Assembly (NCBI GenBank): GCA_036012755.1
Contig: DASCPX010000129.1
Location: forward strand, 224,001 to 288,000
DNA: 64,000 nt
Reading direction: 5' to 3'
Origin: Myxococcota bacterium
GTDB taxonomy: Bacteria; Myxococcota_A; UBA796; CAJQPC01
Each line of letters opens with the position of its first letter. The first letter of the stretch is position 1. Below, one piece after another: positions 10,901-20,521 of the stretch. The position numbers and the translations under genes were made by a program. The notes beneath the pieces are model-generated. The model had not been told where the DNA came from and made no database searches. It saw only the letters and a list, made by a program, of their open reading frames with translations.

Positions 10901-11424
10901 CGAGCGAGGACGAGCTGGCGATCCTGGCTTCACACGTGCGCATCGCCCTTGGACGGGGGGATCTCGGCATCGCCTCCCAGCGGGTCGAAGAGGGCATCGC
11001 CCGCCTCCAGAGCCACGACGTCGAAGGCTACGCGCCGCTGTTCTACGCCTGGCGCGCCCGCTGCCTCGCGCGCGACGGAGACCTCGAGGCCGTCTTGGAG
11101 GCGATCGCCCGGGCGGATGCCGAGGCCGGTCGCCATTGGCCCCACCAGGAGTGCCGGCTGGACATCATCGCAGCCCGGGCGCTCGGTGCTGTCGGGGACG
11201 CCCAGGGTGCCGTCGAGCGCGCAAGCCGCGCCTTGAAGAGAGCGGACGGATGCGGCTATCGGTTCTACTCCTTGAAGGCCCACGGCTTGATCGCGACCTA
11301 TGCCACCGACGAGAGCACCCTCGCCATGCACCGCAGGGTTGCGCGTGCTCTGTCCAAGAGCCTCGCCTCCAACCTCTCTCGCGACGACAGCGTCGCGTTC
11401 TCGGAGCTACACGGGATCGAATGA
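7999..11424 (+). CDS. Ser/Thr protein kinase with AAA (STAND-like) domain and TPR-like region
   Basis: LGRGGMA, ALK, HRDVTPGN, DFG, APE; LVGRTGEL..APSGFGK; helical repeats. Start at TTG 7999 is inferred. Confidence 0.85.
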   Translation: MSHPFHANEPEAGSSIGPYRVRALLGRGGMATVLEVEDTRDGSIRALKLLHSELADEEVQARFDVEFRTLSALESPNILRVYEAGVHDGLPWFTMDKLDGHDLRREVDGWRDLPPSERFTRAESILADVADALAYIHERGLVHRDVTPGNVMIVDGRGMLTDFGVVHTPGAELTTVGEMVGTVSYIAPEQISSEVNGGKVDSRADLYALGGVLYLMLTGRRPFTATTIPSLLEKQLHAAPRPPRDVAPTVPAHLDEICLRLLEKDPAQRYGSARHLLSILDRRAAALEHVDLRHWPPRLVGRTGELSVLREALSALAASRGGAVLVEAPSGFGKARLLEAVLDQARELGLPVARGRCTPGETWTGFRGVLEDLAPPELPAALSVAFSDAEGEISQYQVHAAFRDLLRAELPRVVVLDKLERADRGTLALLDFLARNHLFLADDPVLFILARRALETTDSDPLGELLEDGLIERVPLLPISVTAVEELLLQLIPADSRARTLAQRLHREGEGNLHFIGEMIHGLVDQGVITEEAPGRYVLGLEISHVSRARLPIPSSIREALEERLSALRPAALQVAEALALCRHEVALEVLEEALSLPEERVLALLEELLDHHVVRTRVVGLDELYDLAQARLRDVLVQRADPLRARQLHRRLGCALERLYRHQLSTVLESIAFHFEQGEVPAKAYPYLVQAGRRLQERSFVIESKEFYERALSLEPEAREFMTLESADRQLAELRLVTGQVEFHLGDWTRAEEEVRAADALAREIDDDRLRTRTLAELGTLARRQGRVDQAEACLKEALLLATTLGEPRLRMAPLLGLAGVRWSHGDLGGARQIWLEAMVAANAARSDVNRARALNGLGLVALCRGQAADARRHLEEAADVFGRLGKLSPLVVARVNLVELYHCTGNLRKGLKLADRTISQAREIRYTYGVALGLQYRSMILVDVGRLAEAEENATEAMRIISTFEASEDELAILASHVRIALGRGDLGIASQRVEEGIARLQSHDVEGYAPLFYAWRARCLARDGDLEAVLEAIARADAEAGRHWPHQECRLDIIAARALGAVGDAQGAVERASRALKRADGCGYRFYSLKAHGLIATYATDESTLAMHRRVARALSKSLASNLSRDDSVAFSELHGIE

Positions 11425-14400
11425 GCGCTCGGTTGCTCGGACCTCCGCCTGGGACCGGCGCAACGGTCGGTCCCTACCGTCTGCTCGACAAGGTCGGGCA
11501 AGGCGGGCTCGCCACCGTCTACCGGGCCTGTGGCCTCGAGGGTGAGATCGTTGCCCTCAAGGTGATGAACCCGGAGAAGACCACCGAGGAGCAGGTCAAG
11601 CGGATCGAGCGGGAGTTCAAGGCGATGCGCAGGGCGGACTCCCCCTACGTCGTAGAGGTCATCACTTCGGGAGAGCACGAGGGCTACCCCTGGCTCGCGT
11701 TGGAGTTCGTGGAGGGCGACACGCTCGACGGAGCCATCCGAGGCATCCTCGAGCACCCGGCGCCCGAGCGGTGGGACGAGGTCGAGAGGCTCCTGCGCGG
11801 ACTCCTCCAGGCCCTTGCTCACATCCACGGCATGGGCATGGTGCACCGCGACCTGAAGCCGTCGAACGTGATGGTGACCAGGGACGGGCTGCCGAAGCTG
11901 ACTGACTTCGGCTCGGTCAAGGCGCCCGACGCATTCACTACGAACCTCACGATGGCCGGCCATCTCGTCGGTACCGTCGCGTTCATGGCGCCGGAGCAGA
12001 TCACGGAGGATCGCATCGACCACCGCGCCGATCTGTATGCCCTCGGCGCGACTCTGTACGTGATGCTCACGGGACGCAGGGCGGTCGAGGCGGACAGCAT
12101 CGCTGGCTACCTGGCCAAGCACCTCATGGAGGACCCGCGGCCCCCTGCCGAGGTCGACTCGCTCGTTCCGGTCAAGCTCTCCCGCATCTGTATGCGGTTG
12201 ATGAAGAAGGACCCGGAGCAGCGTTTCCCGAGCGCAGAGGCCGTCATCGAAGCCCTCGACGCCCCTGACGAGGTCCAGCGCATCGCCTTGCAGGGACGCG
12301 AGGCGGCGCTCCGCCAGGTGGAGCTGCAGCTCGCCGGCCTCCGTCGCGGAGAGGGGCGGGCGGTCGCCCTCATCGGACGGCCCGGGTCGGGGCGGTCAGC
12401 GATGTTGAGCGCCATCGAGGTGGCCGCCGCCGAGGCAGGCCTGCCCTGTGGACGCCTGGACTTCCCCCTGTCCGCGAGCATCGAGCGTGGCCTGATGAAG
12501 TGCATCCCCGGCAAGGGCAGCTTCCGGAAGCGCCTCCGGGCTGGCGCCGTCCTGCTCCTCGACGACCTGGACCAGGCGCGGGACGCGGACATCAGGACGC
12601 TGGAGGCCATCCTCCGGGACCAGGATCTGCAGCGCAGCGTGCTGCTGTACTACAGCCTCGAAGGGGCCGCCGGCGAGGGCCTCCCGACCGCCACCGCGGA
12701 GCTCCTGGACCGCCTCGTGTCGAACCTGTTGCTCGACCCCTTCGAGTCGCCGCTTCTGTGTGTGCCGCTGAGCGCGAGGCAGGTAGTGGCGATGATGCGG
12801 GACCATGGACTCAGCGGTTCCGCCGCAGCCACGATCGGGCGACGTCTCCACCAGCACTGCCGCGGCTACCCCCGCGAGGTCCGCGGGCAGCTGGCGACCT
12901 TGGAGGCGAGCGCCTGGCTTCGCCGACAGCCGGACGGGCAGCTCGAGCTCACCGTGCCGCTGTCGAGGGTCCAGGACGACCGGCTGCCGGTTCCCGACAC
13001 CCGACGGCGTGAGATCCTGGAGATCTTCGAGGCCCTCGCTGGTGCGACGCGACGGGCGGTCAAGGCCATGTCGGTCCTGGGCCAGGATGTCGAGGCGACC
13101 GTGCTGGAGTCGATGTGCTCCGGGGCCGGCACGGCCCTGCTCGCGCCAGGGGCCGAGGCCATCGTCCTGAGGCGCGCGGAGGGCCTGCACGAGATCTTCC
13201 GGTTCAGTCGACCGGAGACCAGGCAGGTGGTCTATGACCAGCTCTCCCCCGAGGAGCGTGCTTCGCTGCACAAGAAGGCGGCGGATCTACTCCTGGCCCG
13301 CCACCAGCGGCGCATCGGGTCCATCGCCGAGAACGCCGCGCAGCACTTGCTGGCAGCCGGTGAGGCGGGGCGGGCCTACCCCTTGCTGGTCGTCGCCGCC
13401 CAGCGAGCTGCCCGCAAGCGCAAGCTCCGAGAGGCCCGTGTCCTGGTGGAGAAGGCGCTGCAGGTCCGCGAGTGGGGCAAGGACGAGCTCTCCGACACCC
13501 TCGATCCCAAGCTCCACCAGCAGGCCCTGGCTGTTCGGGGCGAGGTGCTGCTCGCCATGGGCCGTCCGGAAGACGCGAGGGCTTCGCTGGAGGCTGCCCT
13601 CCAGATCGCCGAGCAGGGAGTCGCCGACCCGGTGCTCGTCGAGGTCCGGGCCAGGCTCGGCATGGCGCTGGTCGATCTCGGGCGTCCGGCCGAGGGACGA
13701 GCTCACCTCGAGGCGGCGCTGAGCGAGCTCGACCTGGGCTCGCCCGTGCGCTTCCCGACGACCCGGTCGTTGGCGGATGCCCTCGTCGCCGAGGGCCGGG
13801 TCGACGAGGCCACCGAGACCTGGAAGGAGGCGCTCGCCGCGGCCCGGGAGGAGGGCTCGCCAGGTCGCGAGGGCAGCTGCCTGCTCGGCATCGGAGAGCT
13901 CGAGCTGAGGCGCGGAAACCCGATGACAGCAGCTCGTGCGCTGGAGATGTCGGAGGGCCGCCTCCGCCAGGGTCGCCTGGTCCGTCCGCTGGCGATCTGC
14001 CTCGAGCGCTTAGCGGACCTGGCGCTGTTGGACGGACGCTTCCGGGCCTGCATCGCTCGGGCTGACGAGGCGATCCGTCTATCGAACGAGCTGGATCTCC
14101 TGGACGTCGGGCTTCGGGCGCGCCTGCACAAAGCGGAGGCCCTGCTCAGCGCTGGCGCTGACGACGACACGCGGGCGTTGATCCAGGAGGTGCTCCGCCA
14201 GGAGCGAGCGTCGCTGGATCTCTGGTCGCTCACGACGCTCCACCACCTCGCGCTTCAGACCCTGGGCCACGCCAGCTCAGAGGGAATTCCCAGCAGCGAG
14301 ACTCCCCCCGAGTCGCCCCCGTCCAGCGTCGGGAAGTGGGAGCTGTACAGGGCGTGGGCCATGATCCGTGACGGGTCGACAGGCGCGGCGTTGACTCACG

Positions 14401-14600
14401 CCAAGCGCAGCGGCGTCGCGTCTCAGGGCCCGGGCCTGGCCGGAGTACGTATGGAGTCACTGCTCTGCCAGGCCACGCTCGGAGTCGAGGTCGGCAGCGA
14501 GCTCAAGGAGCTGGTGCAGCGCTCGCTGTCCGGCATGGCTCCAGAGATGCGCCGACCCTTCGTCGAGCGCCTGCGGAGGTTGGGGATCTTCAGGGGCTGA
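11421..14600 (+). CDS. Ser/Thr protein kinase with AAA-like and TPR-like regions
   Basis: ATG 11421 overlaps the upstream stop; VGQGGLA, HRDLKPSN, DFG, APE; GRPGSGRS, LLLDDL. Confidence 0.85.
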   Translation: MSARLLGPPPGTGATVGPYRLLDKVGQGGLATVYRACGLEGEIVALKVMNPEKTTEEQVKRIEREFKAMRRADSPYVVEVITSGEHEGYPWLALEFVEGDTLDGAIRGILEHPAPERWDEVERLLRGLLQALAHIHGMGMVHRDLKPSNVMVTRDGLPKLTDFGSVKAPDAFTTNLTMAGHLVGTVAFMAPEQITEDRIDHRADLYALGATLYVMLTGRRAVEADSIAGYLAKHLMEDPRPPAEVDSLVPVKLSRICMRLMKKDPEQRFPSAEAVIEALDAPDEVQRIALQGREAALRQVELQLAGLRRGEGRAVALIGRPGSGRSAMLSAIEVAAAEAGLPCGRLDFPLSASIERGLMKCIPGKGSFRKRLRAGAVLLLDDLDQARDADIRTLEAILRDQDLQRSVLLYYSLEGAAGEGLPTATAELLDRLVSNLLLDPFESPLLCVPLSARQVVAMMRDHGLSGSAAATIGRRLHQHCRGYPREVRGQLATLEASAWLRRQPDGQLELTVPLSRVQDDRLPVPDTRRREILEIFEALAGATRRAVKAMSVLGQDVEATVLESMCSGAGTALLAPGAEAIVLRRAEGLHEIFRFSRPETRQVVYDQLSPEERASLHKKAADLLLARHQRRIGSIAENAAQHLLAAGEAGRAYPLLVVAAQRAARKRKLREARVLVEKALQVREWGKDELSDTLDPKLHQQALAVRGEVLLAMGRPEDARASLEAALQIAEQGVADPVLVEVRARLGMALVDLGRPAEGRAHLEAALSELDLGSPVRFPTTRSLADALVAEGRVDEATETWKEALAAAREEGSPGREGSCLLGIGELELRRGNPMTAARALEMSEGRLRQGRLVRPLAICLERLADLALLDGRFRACIARADEAIRLSNELDLLDVGLRARLHKAEALLSAGADDDTRALIQEVLRQERASLDLWSLTTLHHLALQTLGHASSEGIPSSETPPESPPSSVGKWELYRAWAMIRDGSTGAALTHAKRSGVASQGPGLAGVRMESLLCQATLGVEVGSELKELVQRSLSGMAPEMRRPFVERLRRLGIFRG

Positions 14601-14674
14601 GCCAGGCGCCGGTGGTCCGCGGGCTCGCCGCGGGTCGGTTTCCAAGCTAGGTGGGCCATCACCCTGGAGGGTCC

Positions 14675-14965
14675 ATGTCCTTGTTCCTCGTCCTCGCCTG
14701 CACCGCCGATGTCGACCCCGAGCAGCTCGACGCTATCCTCGCGCTAGAAGGTGACCCCGACGCCGGAGACTCCCTCTTCGTCGAGGACTGCGAGGGATGC
14801 CACGGACCGGGTGGGGACGGCAGCGCCAGCGCGGTCGCGCTCGAAGGGGGAGACTCCGAGGGCACGGCGGATGCCCTCCTCGCGGGACCTGGGGTGATGC
14901 CGAGCTTCGCCGACGAGTCCGACCAGGACCTCGCCGACCTCGTCGCCTACGTGGACGAGCTCTGA
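14675..14965 (+). CDS. Small monoheme cytochrome c lipoprotein
   Basis: MSLFLVLAC, CEGCH heme motif, distal Met in GVMPSF; GGAGG RBS. Confidence 0.85.
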   Translation: MSLFLVLACTADVDPEQLDAILALEGDPDAGDSLFVEDCEGCHGPGGDGSASAVALEGGDSEGTADALLAGPGVMPSFADESDQDLADLVAYVDEL

Positions 14966-15717
14966 TGCGCCTCGGGCTCGTCGACAAGGTCGCCGTGGTC
15001 ACGGGTGGGAGCCGAGGCATCGGCGCCGCCCTGGTGAGGGGCCTCGTCTCCGAGGGAGTCTGTGTCGCTTTCAACCACCTCGGAGACGGCGACAACGCCA
15101 GGTCCCTGGTCGAGGAGCTCGAGGCTGCGGGGGGCCGTGTCCTGGCCATCGAGTCCGACGTCGCGGACCCCGACGCCACAGAGGCCCTGTTCGTGCGGGT
15201 CGAGGAGGAGCTGGGGCCTGTCTCCATACTGGTCAACAACGCTGGCATCACCCGTGACGGTGTCGTGTGGAAGATGGAGGACAGCGCCTGGGACGCGGTC
15301 CTCGGCGTCAACCTCAAGGGCAGCTTCAACTTCTGCCGTTCGGCTGCCGTGCGCTTCCGAGCCAGGGGGGGGCCCGGCCGCATCGTGAACGTGGCCTCGA
15401 TCAACGGTCTCCGCGGCAAGTTCGGTCAGGTGAACTACTCGGCGAGCAAGGGAGGCATCATCGCGATGAGCAAGACGCTCGCCCGTGAGCTGGGCCGCTT
15501 CGGCGTGACGGTGAACGCGCTGGCGCCTGGCATGGTGCTCACCCCAATGGCAGAGGGCCTGCCGGAGGCGGTCCTCGACAAGGCCCGCGCCGAGACTGTG
15601 CTGGGTCGTCTGGCGGCCCCCGGGGACATCGCTGACTGTGTCCTCTTCCTCGTCTCCGACCGGGCCCGTCACATCACGGGGCAGTGCATCCAGGTGGACG
15701 GTGGGCAGTTGATGTAG
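14965..15717 (+). CDS. SDR oxidoreductase, 3-oxoacyl-ACP reductase (FabG)-like
   Basis: TGGSRGIG, NNAG, YSASK; TGATG coupling to the cytochrome gene. Confidence 0.85.
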   Translation: MRLGLVDKVAVVTGGSRGIGAALVRGLVSEGVCVAFNHLGDGDNARSLVEELEAAGGRVLAIESDVADPDATEALFVRVEEELGPVSILVNNAGITRDGVVWKMEDSAWDAVLGVNLKGSFNFCRSAAVRFRARGGPGRIVNVASINGLRGKFGQVNYSASKGGIIAMSKTLARELGRFGVTVNALAPGMVLTPMAEGLPEAVLDKARAETVLGRLAAPGDIADCVLFLVSDRARHITGQCIQVDGGQLM

Positions 15718-15818
15718 GTCACCAGCTCGTTTGACTCGAGACGGCGACGGTGACGTCCTGACGGGGAACGGCGGCGTCAACTGGTAGGGACGCGCTATAG
15801 CGGCGGCGCGAGGGTGCC

Positions 15819-16271
15819 ATGAAGCCGAGAGAGATCCTGTTGGGCCTGAAGACCGGGTTGTCGCTCGACGACGCGCAGGTCGCCGAGATCATCTCCATCG
15901 GCGGCCAGGAGCTGAGCGTCGATCGCTGCTCGAGGCTGACCGTTCGAGGCGCCGATGCGTGCAGCGGGCCGATGCTGGGGATCTTCCTCGAGGGCCTGGT
16001 CGAGAAGCACCGAGGGCCGCCATCCCAGCCTCGGAAGCCCTCGAAGTCCCCGACGAACAACGACGTGCTCAAGAAGGTCCGCGCGGCCCTTCAACTCCAC
16101 GAATCCGACGTCGTCGAGATCCTCGCGGCGGGCGGCCACACGCTGAACAAGCGCCATGTCGGGAGCTTCTTCCGCAAGCAGGGAAACAAGCACTTCCGGC
16201 CCTGCAGCGACGGGTTGGCGAGGGCCTTCTTCGAGGGCCTGGCGCTCCGGGGTCCTGCAGCGTCGGCGTAG
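15819..16271 (+). CDS. DUF1456 (YehS-like) protein
   Basis: Internal duplication with NNDVLKKVRAAL and FRPCSD...FFEGL. Confidence 0.75.
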   Translation: MKPREILLGLKTGLSLDDAQVAEIISIGGQELSVDRCSRLTVRGADACSGPMLGIFLEGLVEKHRGPPSQPRKPSKSPTNNDVLKKVRAALQLHESDVVEILAAGGHTLNKRHVGSFFRKQGNKHFRPCSDGLARAFFEGLALRGPAASA

Positions 16272-16310
16272 GGACGTGCGGTGCTGAGCTTGGCCCCCGC
16301 GGCTGGGAGA

Positions 16311-17948
16311 TCACCAGCCCCAGGTCAGCAACTGGGCGTCCATCGTCCCGACCAACGGGTCGCCGTCTTCGGTCCCGGCCTCCTCGAACTCCACGTCGCC
16401 GAGGACATAGGACAACAGCTCGAAGTCCTCCATCGTCTCTGTCTCGTAGTAGAAGAGGGCAGCGACGGACTGGTCGAGGTCGACCTCCACGACCCCTGGG
16501 GCGAAGAGCTCGGGTTCCGCCACGAAATAGACCAGCAGGATCTCGGTGGGTGAGATCCAGGACACGAGGTAGAGCACCGGCTCCCCCTCCTCGGACCAGC
16601 CGGCCACGGCCCCGGTCTCTTCGGGCGCGAAGGTCTCGTCCCCCAGGTCCACCACGAGCTCCGCGTTGTCTGTGGAGAAGGGGTCGATCATCTCGATGCT
16701 TCCCCACCACGTGTCGAAGCTGGCGTCGATGCCGCCGACCAGCTGCATGCAGAAGCTGTCGCGCTGGCCGTAGGGCCACTCCTCGCCCAGGGCGGGCTCC
16801 AGGTCGCTGCGGCGACCCTCCACCACCCCCCTGACCTGCTCGATGGACTCGAAGACGGTCTCCCGTTCCTCGGAGTCGAGCTCCGGCTCGAGCAGCTCCT
16901 CCCAGGTGTCGATGCGCCCGAGCAGGACACTCTCGTCCCAGGGGCCAGCTAGCTGCGCGTTCATGGCGTCCAGGTAGATCTGCCGGCCCTCCGGGTGGTC
17001 GTAGAGCCGGTTCGCGAGCTGACCGAAGGCGTAGACAGAGGGCAAGCCCTCCTCTGTCTGGGCGAAGGCCTCGTCGATTCCCCAGGGGATGAAGCGGAAG
17101 CGCCCGCCGTCACCTGGGGCGGCGTAGATGTAGGTGTTGTTCGTGTTCCATGCGTAGCCGTCGACGTGGTTGATCAGGACCTCTGCCGCCCAGTGGTCGG
17201 CGAAGGCCTCGACGTCGACGACATCGTCGAGGGCATCGAGCAGCTCGTCATCGTCGACCTGCAGCGCACTGACCAGGGCGTCGATGTCGGACCAGTCGTC
17301 CTCGGCTTCGTTGTTCTTCTTCTCGATGGTCCCGGTCCACTCGGGTCGGAAGTCGCTGAGCGTCAGCTCGTAGAGGTTGCCGCTGGCGTCTCCGAAGTTC
17401 CGCTCGAGGATCGGGTCCTTGATCGGCTCGACGTTCACGTAGAGGCCGAGGTCATCACCGTTGACGCTGACTGTGGCGAAGCCGCATCGACTGGCGGGAA
17501 GGCCGGCGTCGTCGAAGTAGCCGTAGCCCAGGCACTGGCGCACCAGGGAGGGGTCCGAGTGGGAGTTGTTGAGCGTCAGGCGCTCGACGCCGTGGAAGTC
17601 CTGGTCCTCGAACTCGACGAGGTCCAGCTTCAGGGCCGGCTTGTCCTCGCTCAGGCTTCCCAGGAAGCCCTTCTTCCGCACGTCCACCCGCTCGAAGCGC
17701 TGACCGTCCAGGGTGACCGAGCCCTCGAACCATGTGAACGGACTCCCATAGGACTCCTCCTGGCAGTCCTCGCCGCCCAGGATGTCGAAGAAGTCACGGC
17801 TCTGGAGCCGCAGCTCGTCCCAGTCGTCCGGGTCCAGCTCGATCTCCACCTCGAGGAGGTGGTCGTAGACCAGCTCGGGCTGGGGCTCCACCGGGTCCAG
17901 GGCGGGGACGGTGGGCTTGCAGGCGCTCAGTGCGAGGAGGAGTGACAT
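16311..17948 (-). CDS. CotH-family kinase lipoprotein
   Basis: MSLLLALSAC; VRKKG, KPALK, LTLNN, LGLYVNVE, DGY...NNTY, FIPWGID. Confidence 0.8.
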   Translation of the reverse strand: MSLLLALSACKPTVPALDPVEPQPELVYDHLLEVEIELDPDDWDELRLQSRDFFDILGGEDCQEESYGSPFTWFEGSVTLDGQRFERVDVRKKGFLGSLSEDKPALKLDLVEFEDQDFHGVERLTLNNSHSDPSLVRQCLGYGYFDDAGLPASRCGFATVSVNGDDLGLYVNVEPIKDPILERNFGDASGNLYELTLSDFRPEWTGTIEKKNNEAEDDWSDIDALVSALQVDDDELLDALDDVVDVEAFADHWAAEVLINHVDGYAWNTNNTYIYAAPGDGGRFRFIPWGIDEAFAQTEEGLPSVYAFGQLANRLYDHPEGRQIYLDAMNAQLAGPWDESVLLGRIDTWEELLEPELDSEERETVFESIEQVRGVVEGRRSDLEPALGEEWPYGQRDSFCMQLVGGIDASFDTWWGSIEMIDPFSTDNAELVVDLGDETFAPEETGAVAGWSEEGEPVLYLVSWISPTEILLVYFVAEPELFAPGVVEVDLDQSVAALFYYETETMEDFELLSYVLGDVEFEEAGTEDGDPLVGTMDAQLLTWGW

Positions 17949-18057
17949 CGGGACTCCAAGGGTAGCCGCATCAGTGAGGCCTGGGCAGGATCCGGGTCAG
18001 GCCGTGCACCAGTAGGCGTGTCCCGGTACACTCTCCCGGCACCTTCCGAGAGCAACG

Positions 18058-19707
18058 ATGGCCCGCTTGATCTTCTTCCACGGCCAGGAACGCATGATCG
18101 AGTACAAACTCAACCAGGTGCGGACATCGATCGGACGCGCGGACAACTGTGACATCCTGGTTCCGGGCAACTTCGTGAGCCGCACCCACTGCATCATCGA
18201 TCACCGTGACGGACAGTTCACGCTCCGGGATCGGAGCAGGCACGGGACCTTCGTCAACGGCGAGCGCATCGATAAGCTGAGCATGCTCGCAGAGAAGGAC
18301 GAGGTCGGGATCGGGGACTATCGCCTGGTGTTCAGTCGGGAGATCGAGGCCCCTGCCCCGACGGCCAAGGTCCGTGGCGTCACTCTGCCGAACGTGCAGC
18401 TGGTCGCGACGGATGGAGGCCTGGTGGTCGAGCAGGTCGTGCTCATCGTCGACGAGGGGCCGGCCGAAGGCACACGGATTCCCATCACCCGCACCCCCTC
18501 CCGCCTCGGCGGTCCCAGCGGTACGGACGCCGTCATCATCGAGGATCCGGATCTGTGTGCCGACCACTTCACGATCGAGGTGATTCGGGGGCGGGCCATC
18601 ATCGTGCCTGGACGGGGAGCGGTCATCATCGACGGGGAGCGACTCACGCAGCCGATGCCGGTCTACCTGGGCGAGGCCCTCCGCGCAGGCAACACGGTCT
18701 TTCGACTCGAGAGCGAGGTCGTCAACGACGAGACCATTCGCGGCAGCTTCGGGGACATGGTCGGCGAGGCGGACGTGTCCCGCCGCATGTTCGGGGTGCT
18801 GCGGCGCATGGCGGCCCACAACGCGCCGGTGCTGCTCTTTGGCGAGTCCGGGACTGGAAAGGAGCTGGCGGCGAAGGGCCTGCACCTCAACTCACGCCGA
18901 GCTGAGAACCCCTTCGTAGCGATCAACTGTGGCGCGATCACAGAGGCGCTGTTCGAGAGTGAGCTCTTCGGGCACGAAAAGGGTGCATTCACGGGCGCTG
19001 CGTCACGCACCAACGGTGCCTTTCATCGGGCGGACGGCGGGACGCTGTTCCTCGACGAGATCGGCGAGATCCCAGAGGCCTGCCAGGCCAAGCTGCTCCG
19101 GACCCTGGAGTCTGGCGAGGTCCGCCGGGTAGGCGGTGGCGAGGTGCAGTACCCGGATGTCCGCATCGTCGTCGCGACCAACAAGAACCTGGAAGACATG
19201 GTCGCCTCCGGGACCTTCAGGCGTGATCTGTTCTTCCGGCTCGCGGTCCTCGCGGTCCGGCTGCCGTCGCTCCGCGCACGCATCGAGGATCTCCCACTGC
19301 TCGCCAGGGTGATCTGCAAGACCCTTGGACCGGACGTGCGGGTCACCGACGATGCCCTCAAGGTGCTCGCCCGACACGCCTTCCCGGGCAACGTCCGCGA
19401 GCTTCGCAACGTGCTGACGCGGGCGGTCGTGCTCGGTGGACCGATCATCCACCCGCAGGCAGTGAGCTTCAGCCCCTGGGGCTTCGACGCCGTCCCCGAG
19501 CCCCCGCCCACGGAGGGGCCGGATGCCTTGGAGGACGCCGAGCGGCGGGTGTTGCTGGATGCGCTCACCCGCCACTCGGGGAATCGCTCGGCCGCCGCTC
19601 GGGACCTTGGCATCGCTCGCTCGACGTTGCTCTACAAGATGCGCCGGCTCGGCATGGAGGAGCTCTTCAAGACCAGCCAGCGGGGCGGCGGCAAGGACCG
19701 GGGATAG
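18058..19707 (+). CDS. Sigma-54-dependent activator with N-terminal FHA domain(s)
   Basis: FHA motifs [55 protein letters not shown]; Fis-type HTH. Confidence 0.9.
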   Translation: MARLIFFHGQERMIEYKLNQVRTSIGRADNCDILVPGNFVSRTHCIIDHRDGQFTLRDRSRHGTFVNGERIDKLSMLAEKDEVGIGDYRLVFSREIEAPAPTAKVRGVTLPNVQLVATDGGLVVEQVVLIVDEGPAEGTRIPITRTPSRLGGPSGTDAVIIEDPDLCADHFTIEVIRGRAIIVPGRGAVIIDGERLTQPMPVYLGEALRAGNTVFRLESEVVNDETIRGSFGDMVGEADVSRRMFGVLRRMAAHNAPVLLFGESGTGKELAAKGLHLNSRRAENPFVAINCGAITEALFESELFGHEKGAFTGAASRTNGAFHRADGGTLFLDEIGEIPEACQAKLLRTLESGEVRRVGGGEVQYPDVRIVVATNKNLEDMVASGTFRRDLFFRLAVLAVRLPSLRARIEDLPLLARVICKTLGPDVRVTDDALKVLARHAFPGNVRELRNVLTRAVVLGGPIIHPQAVSFSPWGFDAVPEPPPTEGPDALEDAERRVLLDALTRHSGNRSAAARDLGIARSTLLYKMRRLGMEELFKTSQRGGGKDRG

Positions 19708-19715
19708 CCCCGGCC

Positions 19716-20219
19716 TCAGGTGACAGCGATGGCACCTACGGCTGCGAGGGTGCCGATGCCCACGACGGCGACGTCCTCGAGCAAGCTCAGGAAGGGGTTG
19801 GCGGTGCCGGCGGTCGTGGTCGTGCTGCCCGCGCGAATCGTGGCCTTGCTGGTGTGGGCGGCGCCGGCGATGAGCGTGCCGCCGGCGAGTCCGAAGACGC
19901 AGGCGACGAGGGGATCCGCGCCGGCGAGGATGGCTCCGCCGACCAGGGCGCCCGCGGCGGGGCGAAGGAGCGTTCCAACGGTGTCCATGGCGTTGTCGAC
20001 CACGGGGATCTTGTCGGCGACGATCTCCATCACCGTGGCGATGCCGAAGCAGATCAGGGCGACCGGGCTCGCCATCCAGCTCAGCGCGTCGGGCAGATCC
20101 AACAGACCCGCCAGGCCGAGCCCCGAGACGATGCCCAGGGGAAGGAAGGCGCGGAGGCCGCAAGTTGCCGAGAGCATGAGGCCGAGGACGACGGCGGCGA
20201 TGGTCTGAAACGGATCCAT
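19716..20219 (-). CDS. DUF4126-like membrane protein
   Basis: CGLRAFLP, EIVADKIP, ANPFLSLLED. Confidence 0.8.
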   Translation of the reverse strand: MDPFQTIAAVVLGLMLSATCGLRAFLPLGIVSGLGLAGLLDLPDALSWMASPVALICFGIATVMEIVADKIPVVDNAMDTVGTLLRPAAGALVGGAILAGADPLVACVFGLAGGTLIAGAAHTSKATIRAGSTTTTAGTANPFLSLLEDVAVVGIGTLAAVGAIAVT

Positions 20220-20262
20220 GGGGACCTCCCGCGCCTGCTACGCGCGTGGGGGTGTCCTTGTT

Positions 20263-20502
20263 TCAACTGGCCCCGAAGGCATCCAGGATGCGGAGCAGCG
20301 CCGAGTTCTCCCAGGAGCCGATTGGCTCGTCCTGGCGTTTCCTGGCCAGGACCCAGGCATCCCAGGCCCACACGGGGTTCAGGACACCGCATGTGACGCA
20401 GGCCAGCAGGGTGATCCAGATGCCCTTGTTGCGCTGACCCAGGTAGATGTGGCCCACTCCCCCGAGCAGCAGCCCCAGGACCGCGGCGAGCGCGGGGGAC
20501 AG
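20263..20502 (-). CDS. Small TM2-like membrane protein (start uncertain)
   Basis: Frame reads LSPALAAVLGLLLGGVGHIYLGQ..KG; first canonical start (GTG 20457) falls inside the motif. Confidence 0.5.
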   Translation of the reverse strand: MSPALAAVLGLLLGGVGHIYLGQRNKGIWITLLACVTCGVLNPVWAWDAWVLARKRQDEPIGSWENSALLRILDAFGAS

Positions 20503-20521
20503 CCCGGGTTTCGCCTGGAGC

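Noticed and set aside
17949..18057. Sigma-54 promoter next to the activator gene
   Set aside because: No convincing TGGCAC-N5-TTGC -24/-12 element found.
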